Assembly: GCF_035594765.1 (NCBI RefSeq)
Contig: NC_085843.1
Coordinates: 204,949,971 to 205,013,970 of the forward strand
DNA from: Anolis carolinensis
Taxonomy: Eukaryota
Length of the DNA: 64,000 nt
Reading direction: 5' to 3'
The position numbers and the translations under genes are program-made. A model generated the notes under the pieces. It did no database searches. It was not told where the DNA came from and saw only the letters and a program-made list of their open reading frames with translations. Of the stretch, positions 27,146-39,298 are shown in pieces. Numbering within the stretch: position 1 is the stretch's first letter; every line of letters starts with the position of its first letter.

Positions 27146-28329
27146 CCCTGAAGACTTACTGGAATTCATTTTCAGCAACAGTCTGTTCTTGTTCATGAAT
27201 GGACTTCTACTCCAGGTACTTGGAGAATTAATGGGGTTAGAAAGCAAACGTTTTCTATGCATGTCGCTGAAGATTTGTTTTATGAAACTTAAATATGCTT
27301 TGCACTGTTAGTTCTTCTGGATAGAGCTGGAGTTGGTCACATAGTTTCAGTACTTTTGAAAAAAATTAACAATTAGGCTAGAGTAAATGTTTACATGGAA
27401 TGAATAAGGTAGACTGCCAAAAGAAAATAAACTCATGCTGGTCAAGGCTGAAGCATAGATTTTTGAAAGGATAAGATAGTGATCACAGAATCTGCAAAGA
27501 GACTACAGTTTTCTTCCATGGAATCCAACAAGCATGAATAATTTTGCATTATACAATGAGGTTTTTGGCTCAGGATAAATATGGTATTTGGACTTCTACG
27601 TGCAGAGCTAGAATATTTCCTGTAAAACTATTCTTCTTGCAGAACACTCCAACAGAATTGCTCTGATTGCTTTGCTAGAAAACAGTAAGGACATCCCTAA
27701 AAGAGGTATAAGATTTGAAGTTCCCTTTTGTTAGCTTGTAACAAAGAAGAAAGGGCAATGTGGAGTAGATCCATACAGTGATGTCCTATGTCTGTGGGGA
27801 AGTCAATCTCATTCAAGACTTAGGATCTCGTCATATTGAGGTCCACATGGCGGGTGATGGGGGGAGGGTTCATTGGTCAGCGTGGCGAATCCAACGGGCA
27901 GTGCGGGAACCCGTTGCCCCACAGCCGGCATCACCCCCTTATCCATCCCATGGGGAAAGTGTCACTGCCCTGCTTCCCACCATGCTCACCTTGTTTTTTC
28001 CTATGAGAACACAGGAACCTTCCTGTGTTCTCTGGGCAGTGTCCTAGTATGCTGCCAGGACATTAGAAGAATGGAGCCCCTCCGGAAGTAGCCCTATGTC
28101 GTCTGATGGGCTTCAACAGGTTCCGTGCTTCCAGCATCCTGCAAGCATCTTAGGACTTTGACATTTATTAATTTGTCATCTATATTTATTGATGTTTCCC
28201 TCTGCTGAATTTGAGAGTTTAGTAGCTGCAAAATTGTATCATAATGACATAAATTCCCTGTTGCTGTGACAGAAATTAGATTGGGTAAATGCATATGTTG
28301 CCTGTTGGGTTTTCTGGACCTTCTGCTGA

Positions 28330-29250
28330 ATAGATGAGCCCTCAGTGACTCACAAGGTTCTATTTTGTCTCCCATGTTATTTGATATCTACACAAAATTG
28401 CTGAAAGAGGAGATGGTCTGGGAATTTGTGGTATGGTGCCAGGCCAGTAAAATACTGGAGACATACATTTGCCATTACATTTTTAGGAAGTTATTGAAGT
28501 TCTGAACTGATAATGGATTGGATGGGGGGAAATAAATTGAAAATTATGGTCTGACAGGCCATAGTGATCATGACCTGTCAGACAGCAGTTTGGGGAATGG
28601 GAGCTCAGCATGTTCTTGATGAAGTATCACTGACCTTGTAAAACTTGTCATTTGGGAGTACTTCTGAACTCTGTCCTGAAATTGCAGTGTTGTTTAAAGG
28701 GTCATTTTAAGAAAAGGATTGTCAAACTGCAAATGGTCAAAAATGATGTGACCAGATAGCTGATAGAGTGCCTGTAATGTAATTCCTGTGTGAAAACAAT
28801 GGCACTGGTTTTTACTTAATTTCCAAACTCAAACCTGTGGTATTGTCTTAAACAATGCAAGCAAAGAGTATCATAAAGACAATGTGCCATAATAAGAGTC
28901 TTGGCTGGTATTAAAATCTTCAGACTAAGTTGTATTCCACTGATGTCCCAGATTCATTAAGCAAGAAAAAAAACCATGAGGATATTTCCAATAGTCCTGT
29001 CCAGATTTTTGAAGGTTGAGCTCTCTTCTTTTTTGGTGAGGTTCCAACAAAGTCGTGTTTTTAATTCTGTGTTTTTGGTGGCTTGTGACATGTGATTAAA
29101 ATTCTTTTAGCTTTTACTACTATTTATTTGGTGTGCTTTCTGTGCTTTATTTTTTAAAATATTTTTACATTTATGACTTGATTAGTTTTTAATTACGAGT
29201 CAAGGTAAGCAATATTATGTTCAAAGATGAGCTATCAATATCATTGTAAG
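28330..29250 (+). mobile_element. Heavily decayed L2-type LINE
   Basis: caaggttctattttgtctcccatgttatttgatatctac reads QGSILSPMLFDIY (RT motif). Boundaries approximate. Confidence 0.6.
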
Positions 29251-31176
29251 TTTGCGATGTTGGCAAGAAAGTACCTAGTTCAGAACATCACTTTGTTAGA
29301 TAAAGGTGGTCATGAAGTAAGGTCGTGCCAAAGTTTAGGCCCTTGTTGATGAATAAATCCAGAGCCAGACTGGTCTGAGAGGCAGCCACAGACATCCTGA
29401 GTCTGCACTGGACCATCATCTCGCTGTCCATGTTGCTGTAACCACTCCCCGGCCACTACAGAGCTCCATGTGAACACCTGGCTGTTGCTGGCACCTGTGC
29501 TGACAACATGAAATTTGTGCTGATCTCCCCAGCACAGCATGCCCATGATGGCTAGGAGCTCACACAGAGCTCAGTGGCTGTCTGGGAGTAGCAATGACTG
29601 TAACATGGGCATAATCCTCTCTTTCTTCCCTGTGCTGGTAAGTACAAGTTATGTGGACTGTGGAACTGATTCCATTATCCACATTGTGCAAAACTGTGTG
29701 TTTACATCAGTTTCAAGCAAACTCTCAAGGATCCCCCAAATTTTCCTAATGTGAGACTAGCCTGATTAACCCAGTTTAACTTGCAATATTTAATAGAAGT
29801 GGAGAAATTTTGTGAGGACACCAAAAGCAAAATCAGTCCTAGACGGTGGCCGAGGGGTTAACATATCTTGATCATGTCCCCCCTTGCCAGGTAGAAATGG
29901 GCAAGATATTTGTGGATGTGAAAGGACAGACTGCAGTTTTTCCCCAGAGAATGTAGAGTCAAGAGATCTATATTTCAGACTCTGAAATGGAATTTCTTCC
30001 ATGGCTGGCTTTCTCCAGGGAAATCTGATCTGGAAGCAATGGATTTTGGATTACCTTTGGAGAATTTAAGCTGTGCCTCAGCATGCATATTTGCAAAATA
30101 AGTCAGATATTACAAAATGTCAGTCAGTCTTCAGTGATTTTCTTGTAGAGGAAACCAGTTCCCGGAAAATGCTGCCCTCCTGGAATTTTTCACCGTTCGG
30201 AGTATATATAGCATTCTTAATGAACAAAGGAACACATATTTTCATGAACTATAAATAAATGAATATTTTAAACGATTGTCTCTGGCTTTGATGCAACTTT
30301 TTCTGTGCTCAGAAAGATAATGTTTGTTAATAATGGTTGGAGTCATGTTGGCCAAGTATTTTGAATGATCTAAATCTATATATATGTTTTCCCCTTCTGG
30401 CTTTCATTGTAAATCTCTCCTTTTGTACATGCATTATAGTTATATACTATCTAAGAACTTGTCATGCCTCCTGCCACATGTCTTCCTTTTTAAAGGGATC
30501 ATTAATGGTTCAAGTCCTTTTATCAGTGCTTAAAAGAGCTTTGATCAAAAAATGCAACCTGCATTGTACTATAAGTGTTTTACTAGGAATATTTTATTTT
30601 TATATATTTTAGATTTTATAAACTCAAATGGTTTCAAATGGGTTTATTTGCAACAGAAGCTGTGACCTCCCTAGCAGTCCTGGTGTGTTCCACCACTACA
30701 TGTCTCACCCCTATTGTTTTAAAGGATTCCTTTCTTGTGCAGCTCCAGGGAGAATTTTTCCTGTTTTCTCCCTTTCCCTTGACATTGGAATAATTTTTAT
30801 TTAGTTTCAGTGTTGGGGAAAAAATCTAGAATGTACTCACTTCTCCAGTTATAGCAAAATTGTCCTTCATCCTCTCCTCTTAGATGACATAGAGAATCTT
30901 TTTTTAAAGTTAAAATTAATTTTGGACAAGGTATTTTGGGAATAGATGGCTTTCTGAGTTCTTGTGGGATGTGAGCAATTTCTGGACATCTGGAAGTTCC
31001 TCAGACCAATTATATATATATACAAATATAGATGTGTGCTGAGCATAAGTCCAGTTATGATTTTTAAAAATGAAATCCTGAGATAATGCATAATAATAAC
31101 TTGGCCATATTATTTTAAAACTAGGAATGCTGTTGCTTATATCTAGTAAAGTGCAACCTCTAACCCAGATGCAGTA

Positions 31177-31334
31177 CAGTGTTTCCTCACTTATCGCGGG
31201 GGTTAGGTTCCAGGACCACACGCAGTAAGTGAAAATCTGCGAAGTAGGGACGCTATATATTTATACATTATTTTAGTAGTTATACACTACTTTAAGTCTT
31301 TTCCAACCAATTATGAAGTAGTGAGGGAACACTG
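31177..31334. mobile_element. Internally deleted copy of the 985-1326 MITE
   Basis: Same TIRs and TA flanks; 158 bp versus 342 bp. Confidence 0.88.
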
Positions 31335-31679
31335 TACATGTCATTCAAATTTTAAAAGTGCCTATTGCCTAAACATTTCATAGTATGACTATAGATGACA
31401 TCATCAGGAAACCTTTTCCAAGGCTTTTGTGTTGAAGATTTCAAGCCTAACTGAAATGTGATACCAAAAAAAGAAAAAGGAGAATGAAAAGCGCTGATAA
31501 TGCTGCTAGCATATATTTTGTATTTGTTAGACCTATTTTTTAGCATCGTTAAATGGGATTCTTTTACCTATACTTACACTTTTATTGTGCTAAAGATCCA
31601 GTCCTGCTTTGATGTATAAGCAGCAAGGTAATAGATTTGCGATGGCAAATTAGCTTGAAAAATTACTGTTTTGGACTAC

Positions 31680-32027
31680 AGCTAGCCCTGCACATTTGCT
31701 GTCTTTAGGGTCAAATAACCCCCAGGAAAGTATAAAAATATGAATAAAAATACTATTTTTTAAACCCAAGAGATCACCTTTCTAGGATTTTGTAGGTCCT
31801 TCAACACAACTCTACGGTCACCTTCTGTTGGAAACTGACCCTAGAATACCATTGGAGAACCTAGAAATTCCTAGACGTGCTCTCTCTTGGTTCTTCCTCA
31901 TAACTCTCTCAGCTCCAGGAGGAGGTTTCACTGGAAGGCCTAGAGATTCCTAGAGAGAACATTTAAATCAAATCTGTGAATAATCAAATCCACAAGTCAA
32001 ACTCTCAAATATGGAGGACCAGCTGTA
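31680..32027. mobile_element. Old Tigger-like MITE
   Basis: Degenerate termini tacagctagccctgcacatttg / caaatatggaggaccagctgta. Confidence 0.55.
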
Positions 32028-32819
32028 CAACTCAAAGAGTGACCTGAAACTACAGAATGTATAATCCAAAAAGTAACTTTTAAAAGCTCTGCATGGCATA
32101 AGGATCACTTTTTCCTTTCTCTAGTGCCATAGTTAAGCAAGCCAGCAGTCTTTCAAAAGCTCCACATTATACTGCAAGTCTTCCTTTTTTAAAATTCATC
32201 AGAGTAGATGGAAAAGAAAGGAAGCTGTTTCAGATGCAAAAGTTACTGAAATGTTGCATATATAATGTGCCATGAGTTCTTTCCTGTTTTATTGTAGGAG
32301 GTTACTCGAGGTAAACTTGGGGCAAGAGTAGAGACAAACCGGACTGCAAATGAACATAATGGAAAAGAGATGTTTTGTTAGTAGATCTTCCGATTTTATG
32401 CTAAGTGGCATAGTCAGAGTTTCTTTTAGTAGTGCCATGTGTCTGAAAGCTCTTTTAAAGCACATTCATTATTCATGTTTTAGAAAGATAATGGTGCATT
32501 TTGAAATAAATGTTCTTTTATTGAAAGAATAAACAATCATATCCTTTATTTTCTGATAATTATCGTCTTATAATTAGATTGCAAGTTGCAAGGTCAAACT
32601 TGCAACCACCAAAAAAGTTGTTATCCTTGTCTTGACATTGTTCTGTGCCTTTGCATTTCCTTGCTGTTCCTTGAGTATGATAATGTGGGAGACAGGGAAA
32701 AGCACCATGTTGCCTAGGCAAACATCCAGTGCCTTTTTTCATTTGGGTTCATAATGGCAAAAAGCTTGACTTAGTGGTGGGAATGAAGGAATTTCTCCCC
32801 TGTTTTCCATCTCCCTCAT

Positions 32820-34400
32820 TCAAGGTAAGAGAATCAAGCATTGGATTGAGGTCCCAAGTCATATAGAGGTTTAAATGTCATCACAAGCACTTTGAATTCA
32901 GATCAGAAATGTATTGGCAGCCAGTGGAATTATTTTAAGAAAAAAACAAAACCATTTGACATAAGTCTAACTGATGCTGATCAGGACACAAAGAACTGGC
33001 TGAGAAAATGTTCAAATATGCATTGAGAACGATACAGTTTTGCAATACAGTGGAAACTCGACTTAAATTGTGTACATGACATTTGGAATAAGGTAATGGG
33101 ACCCAAAGGCTTTGATGAACAGGCAAGTTTTAACCTGGCACCTAAATATGAATGTTTGCAGCAGTCAGGCCTTCGGAGGGGAGAATATTCCACAATCAGG
33201 GTGTCATGGCTGAGATGACCTTCTCTCATGTCCCAACACAGTGTATTGATCTCCCTGATAGGAAACGGAAGAAGACCCCCACCCCTGCAGAGCTTAATCT
33301 TCAAGCAGGCATATATGGGGAGAGCCATTTGCTCAAAGATTGTGGTCCCACCATCACTTTTGATTCAGACCAGAAACGTATTGGCAGCCAGTGCAATTCT
33401 AAGACTGGCATGATACACTATCTGTATGGCACTCCAGTCAGCCGTCAACCTGTTGCATTTTGCACTAGCTGCAAAATGCCTCTGGGTTTGCTTCAAGGGG
33501 AGTCCCATGCAGAGTTTATTACACTAGTCTCTCCAGGGTCCATTTGATGGCAGGGATAGATCTCATGAACTTGCTCTTTCAGGTAGAGTGCAATCCCATA
33601 AAAGACAGACTTACCCATTTTTTCCTGTGAATACTAGGAAGTGTAGACTATATTTTGGAGGAAGGAATTTGCAGACCTTCTTCTGAGTATTTCTTGCCTA
33701 AGAAAACCCTTCCACCATAAGCTTGTTTGGAGGTTCTAGCAGGGGAGCGCAGCTATCATATACCCGGGACCGAAGACTGGAGACCTCGGTACACTCCTTC
33801 TATACCTGGGANNNNNNNNNNNNNNNNNNNNNNNNNNNNNNNNNNNNNNNNNNNNNNNNNNNNNNNNNNNNNNNNNNNNNNNNNNNNNNNNNNNNNNNNN
33901 NNNNNNNNNNNNNNNNNNNNNNNNNNNNNNNNNNNNNNNNNNNNNNNNNNNNNNNNNNNNNNNNNNNNNNNNNNNNGGCAACTTGACCGTAGGAGTGGAA
34001 CGACTGCAGAATAGTGCTTCCTACTTCTCATCCCACACAGTAGTACTGTAAGTTACCATGATCAATAGTATCAAAAGCTGCTGAGAGATCAAGAGGGATT
34101 TGTCATATTCTCCTTGTGTTTCCTCTGGAATAGGTTGTTATTTAGAACAATTAATGCCATTCAGTGTTGTACGATGGCCTATGGATCTAGCTCTGTTTCT
34201 TCTTAAGAACTTCATCCCACAGGATAAGTAAAGCATTTGGAATCGTTGTTTTTCCCTTAAGCTCCACAATATCCCATTTTGAAATTAAACGGATGATTTT
34301 CCTAACTTCATCACATGGTTTCCCTCTTCTCACTTTCTTTTCTAATTATCCGCTTACCTTCTCATTACAAAGGAGACATATTTATCCTCCCACTGTCTCC
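32820..34400 (-). mobile_element. Decayed L2-type LINE fragments spanning the gap
   Basis: Reverse complement of about 34052-34096 reads LDLSAAFDTIDHG (L2 RT motif). Boundaries approximate. Confidence 0.55.
33812..33976. other. Assembly gap (N run)
   Basis: Direct reading. Confidence 1.
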
Positions 34401-36226
34401 TCCCCTGTTTTCTTTGGATATTGCAATATCTCTTTATAAGTACAGCTAGTTCTCAATTCAAAAGGTAAGCCTATTTATCTTAAGTTTAAAAAGAGGTATA
34501 AATTACCGTTCCTTCCCCCTTGGTCCCAAAATGGTAATGGCGGAAGCAAGGAGTCGGTACTGCCAATCTCCCCATCTCCCTCTACAATTATGTCATTACA
34601 TTAAAAGCGGGCAAGGGGGAATTCCCATCATATGTTAAATTGGGCATTTTTACATGTCTTTAGATGGGGAATTGAAAATAAGTCAATTGACAATTGACTT
34701 AGGAAGCGTAGGGGAAAAATGCACTTTAGAAATGGCGATGTACTGGAACCCATGGTACGAGCTTGTGTCATGTAATGGGCTCCATTGGTAGCAGTTTCTT
34801 AAATGTGTAGACACACTGACTTTTTTGCATGTGATGAAGAATGACTGAAGTTGCCCAGACTTCACGTACTTGTTCAAAAAGGTATGTTTATAATCAGACA
34901 GTAGTTCTCATATATCTCTGGGTCCAGAGATATCTTTTTTGGGAGAAGGCACACCACTCTCTTCTTCAAGGCAGCAATTGTCTCAACATACAGAGGCATT
35001 ACCATCCCAACTTTGCTTGATTTTATTGGCCAAGATGAGCAAGAGTCAGCCTCACATATGGTAAAGTGAACTGCTTCAAGTGTCATGTCCACATAATCAG
35101 TCCTCAGGCATGGAAACTGAACTCATGAACACTGACTAAACAGTGCACTGAATACCTCCCTAGACTCTGTACAAAGTGTGGTGTCAAGGTGTGAGCGAAT
35201 GATGACAACATTGTCTTTGAATTGACTGGCAAGTTTTTCACTCATGTCAGGTGGCCGTGGGTTACAAACCTGAACTCTCTAGGTCTGTATTCAAAAGATT
35301 GTCCACTGCTTGAACTAATCCTACTGGATGGGAGGTTAAATTGCAATCCTAGTGTTGAAATGTGGGTTTTTTGCCTGTCACATTCCTGCATAGTAGGCAT
35401 AAGGAAAAATGTTTGCGTTTATTTACAGGCAAATGTTATATTATTTACACGATAAATATGTACAGAGCATAGAGAAATGTGACTCCCATGGATAACTATC
35501 CCATGGAAAACAGGAGTGGATAACTTCCAGGGGCTGTTTTTGCCCTCTTCCAGATTTCAATGTAGAATAAGTGCATTAAATTGATTTTATACTGATGCAA
35601 ATTTCATTGATTCACTGAATGTACTCTAATTGAAACTAACAATAACATTTTGGTCTGAAAATTCGGATTGCAGTGGATAAGTAGTGCACACACTAGTATT
35701 TATACTATAAGTACTCTCCTGCATGGAAACAAGAGTTTGTAAACAAGCAATAGATGCCTCATAGGATGTTACAGCCAATCAGACACACAAAGGCAACAAT
35801 CATGTGGCTCTTGTCTATTGGCTGAAGTGTGATGGTTCATGTCTCTTCACATCTGCTGTGCACTCCCAGGCACGATTAAGCATTGTGCTTTGCAGAGATT
35901 TCAGCTATAGATTTCTACAAAGCAGAGTGAAATGAGAATAAGCCCATAGGAATCATGCAGTTCTCCAGATGTTGGATTTTAACTACCACCAGTTCTAGCA
36001 ACTTAACTTTTGTTGGGGGATAATGAGGAGTACAATCAGGGCTGCTGCGTGATTGGCACCCTGATAAGATTCTGGTTTGTGAAGTGGGGAACAGTATTGC
36101 ATCCTTGTTAATACAAATGAGATGCCTTGTTCTATTAGTGCCACAAGTATTGTCTTATCTTTAATGATACAGCATCATGTCTATGTTTGGGGCTTATGTA
36201 ATGGCATGCTAAACTAATCACTAACA

Positions 36227-36426
36227 ACTTCATCACACTACAGTATCTATCCACTTTAAATCTGGTTGCTGCCTCCTGAAGAATTCTGGAGGTTTTTTTA
36301 GTTTAGTGAGGCCCAGGACCTCTCTGTCTTAGCAGTTTAAAGGCCTCTACCTAAACTACAAACCCCAGGAACCTGATTTTTCAGGAACCTGATTTAAAGT
36401 TGATAAATGTTCTAGTGTGATGAGGT
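36227..36426. mobile_element. Palindromic MITE
   Basis: TIRs acttcatcacacta / tagtgtgatgaggt; internal fold-back (actttaaatc/gatttaaagt). Confidence 0.65.
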
Positions 36427-37587
36427 TCTAGATTTCAGGAGGTATCACGCTGTTACTACTGTTGAAAAAGAATTTACTGCAATTGACAAAAGGTGAAAGT
36501 CATTTTTAAAATTTCAATACTGAAAAGAGCAGATCTGTAACAATAACACACACAGGGGGCTTAGTTCAATATTAATTCTTTTCAGATACTAACTGTTGAT
36601 AGCACTTTGTATTTGACTAGCAAGCTCCATTCATTTTCAGTGAATTTTGTATTTTATTGGTGATTTATGAAAGCAATAGCTAGATGACCAATAATCTGCC
36701 AGCTCAAAGCTATTCTGATAAGTACAGGAATGTAGCTGTTTTAGTTTCAAACTTTCTTGTGTTTGAACATGCATATGTCTGTATGTTAACCAGAGAAAGT
36801 ATAAAGTCATTGAATCACCTCTTATAATAATCTACCAGGCAATATAATATAATGGCTTGAAATTGGACTATGACTCTAGAGACCAGGAGTCAAATCTATG
36901 CTTGGTCATACAAGACCATTAAGTGACTTGGGCAGATTACATTCTCACAGCATCAGAGGAACGCAAAGACAACAACAGACTAATTCTGAACAAATCTTCC
37001 AAGAGAACTCCATGATATATTCACCCTAGGAGTGAATGACTTATTGACACACAATCACCATCACCGCCACAATAACTAGATTCCCCATCTCAAAGTGAAT
37101 TGAGTATGTTTTTGAAGAGCTGGCAGTGATGAAACCAATGGGATGGAGATTAGAGTGTTGATGTTGTAAGTCTCAGAGCGAATACATATGTGTCATATGT
37201 TGTACTGCATGATCAGTAACCAAATCAATATACTGTATGCATTTCTATCCTTATTATTTCATTCACTTTTATATAATATTTTAATAATGCATTTCCCCTA
37301 AGGCTAGGAAAGCTGCCAGCTTTAATTGGGATTTCTAACTTAAGTGGGTTATGGAACTGCAAACTTGCAATTTATTTTTCCCTTCTTCCCTTCAATATTT
37401 GTTCACATTTTCTGTTGGAGATAAAGAATATATATATACTTTATATGCTTTAAATGCTTTAGATTCTTTAAATGCTTTATATGCTATATAGCATTTTCAA
37501 ATCCTTGTCTCCTTTTTTCTGCATGTATGTGAGTCTACAATTGTATGTAAACTGATAATTAATGCTCTTTCTATTGTGTATCTCCAG

Positions 37588-37659
37588 AGATCTGAAGAAT
37601 AACTTGATTAGTACTATTGAGCCTGGGGCCTTCTTTGGACTTTCAGAACTGAAGCGTCT
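37588..37659 (+). CDS. ADGRA1: Coding exon (72 nt, phase 2-2), LRR unit DLKNNLISTIEPGAFFGLSELKR(L) of an ADGRA-family adhesion GPCR
   Basis: Acceptor tctccag|A and donor CT|gtaagt; 72 nt = one 24-aa LRR matching LxxNxIxxIxxxAFxxLxxLxxL; joins in frame to the next exon (CT+G=Leu). Family assignment is strong; the paralog (A1 vs A2) is from recalled sequences. Confidence 0.85.
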
Positions 37660-38098
37660 GTAAGTATTAATTCCATCTGAACTACTTTGGAAATGGTACT
37701 CATATTGACATTTCTGTCCTTGGGGAACTTGGAATATGTCACCAAGCAATTATAACATATAGAGCACATGAATTACATTCCACAGTTTTGTCCTTTTTGA
37801 AATTTTGTTAAAACTATGCATCATTTATGATTTATTTGTATGACTAAGCACAAGATTACCCTTTTTCTTATCCTTAGCTTTATGAGTAATTACAATTAGA
37901 CTTTAAGTTCCAAAGACACTTTCCTTCAGTATTGGAGTAAATATTTTGAAGCTGAGAATATATGCATAGCAATACGCTAAAACTGAAAGCAAATGTAGAG
38001 TTTGTTTCCAAAAGTGACCAAATCTCCCCCCCCCCCCGCCCAAACGAGTTATAGGTGGCAGCATATTGTTGGCTATGAGAAGAATATTATAATGATAA

Positions 38099-38345
38099 AG
38101 GTTAAGGTTTTCCCCTGACTTTAAGTCTAGTTGTGTCCGACTCTGGGGATTGGTTCTCGTCTCCATTTCTAAGCTGAAGAGCTGGCATTGTCAATAGACA
38201 CCTCCAAGGTCATGTGGTTGGCATGACTGCATGGAGTGCCGTTACCTTCCTGCTGGAGCAGTACCTATTGATCTACTCACATTTGCCTGTTTTCAAACTG
38301 CTAGGTTAGAAGCTGGGGCTAACAACGTGTGCTCACTCTGCTCCC
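38099..38345 (-). mobile_element. Sauria SINE (partial)
   Basis: Reverse complement of the 10350 copy including the tail. Confidence 0.85.
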
Positions 38346-38726
38346 TTTTCAATCCGCAAGTTCAGCAGCTACCCCCCTTTAACACACTGCACCATCGCAT
38401 GTTATTATGTACAGATCAAATGTATCAAATAACTTCGGTGCAGGGCCTGGAAAACTGCATTTTATAGCAAAAGAATGCATATCCTCAGCACATTTTTCAA
38501 TTCTTGTAGAATTTGTTCAGATTGATTTAATACCTTTCGGAAACAAGTCCCACAAATGTTCATTTTTATACTTTTTTATTAAGACTTACCTTTTAGGTCT
38601 AAAGAGCTTTGCTAGAAATGACAGATTCAACTATTTCTTTACACAAATAAGATTTATATACGATCTGAAGAGAAACCAGAGTACACAAATAAGTAAAATC
38701 CTGGGCAAAAGTCCTGCTTACATTTA

Positions 38727-39049
38727 CAGTAGAGTCTCACTTATCCAACATAAATGGGCCGGCAGAACGTTGGATAAGCGAATATGTTGGATAATAAGGA
38801 GAGATTAAGGAGAAGCCTATTAAACATCAAATTAGGTTGTAATTTTACAAATTAAGCACCAAAACATCATGTTACACAACAAATTTGACAGAAAAAGTAG
38901 TTCAATATGCAGTAATGCTACATAGTAATTACTGTATTTACGAATTTAGCACCAAAATATCACAATATATTGAAAACATTGACTACAAAAATGCATTGGA
39001 TAATCCAGAACGTTGGATAAGCAAATGTTGGATAAGTGAGACCCTACTG
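38727..39049. mobile_element. Tc1/mariner MITE (323 bp)
   Basis: TIR cagtagagtctcacttatccaac; TA flanks; near-identical copies in the opposite orientation at 46172 and 62483. Confidence 0.92.
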
Positions 39050-39083
39050 TATTTAATAAGTTCATGTAGCAATGTATTTTGGA

Positions 39084-39298
39084 AGGTTGCTGTGAGTTTT
39101 CTGGGTTGCATGGCCATGTTCCTGAAGCATTTTACCCACATCTGTGGCAAGCATCCTCAGAGCTTGTGAGGTCTGTTGCAAACTAGGCAAGTGGGCCAAG
39201 TGAAATGTCAGGAGAGAATGCTTCTGGAACATGGCCTTACAGCCCGGAAAACTCACAGCAACCCAGTGATTCCGACCAAGAAAGCCTTTAACAACACA
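39084..39298. mobile_element. Second inverted Penelope-like pLTR pair, with broken hammerhead motifs
   Basis: Arms ggttgctgtgagttttctggg... / ...cccggaaaactcacagcaacc; homologous to 26897-27145. Confidence 0.78.

Noticed and set aside
27160-27235. Peptide IFSNSLFLFMNGLL and catgaatggactt resemble the exon at 55022
   Set aside because: Only a 13-nt match; no 72-nt AG/GT frame and no LRR spacing; likely chance.
33152-33547. 131-aa ORF
   Set aside because: No recognisable domain or splice context; lies among decayed LINE fragments.
33723-34031. ORFs spanning N runs (also 43139-43627)
   Set aside because: Artefacts of translating gaps.
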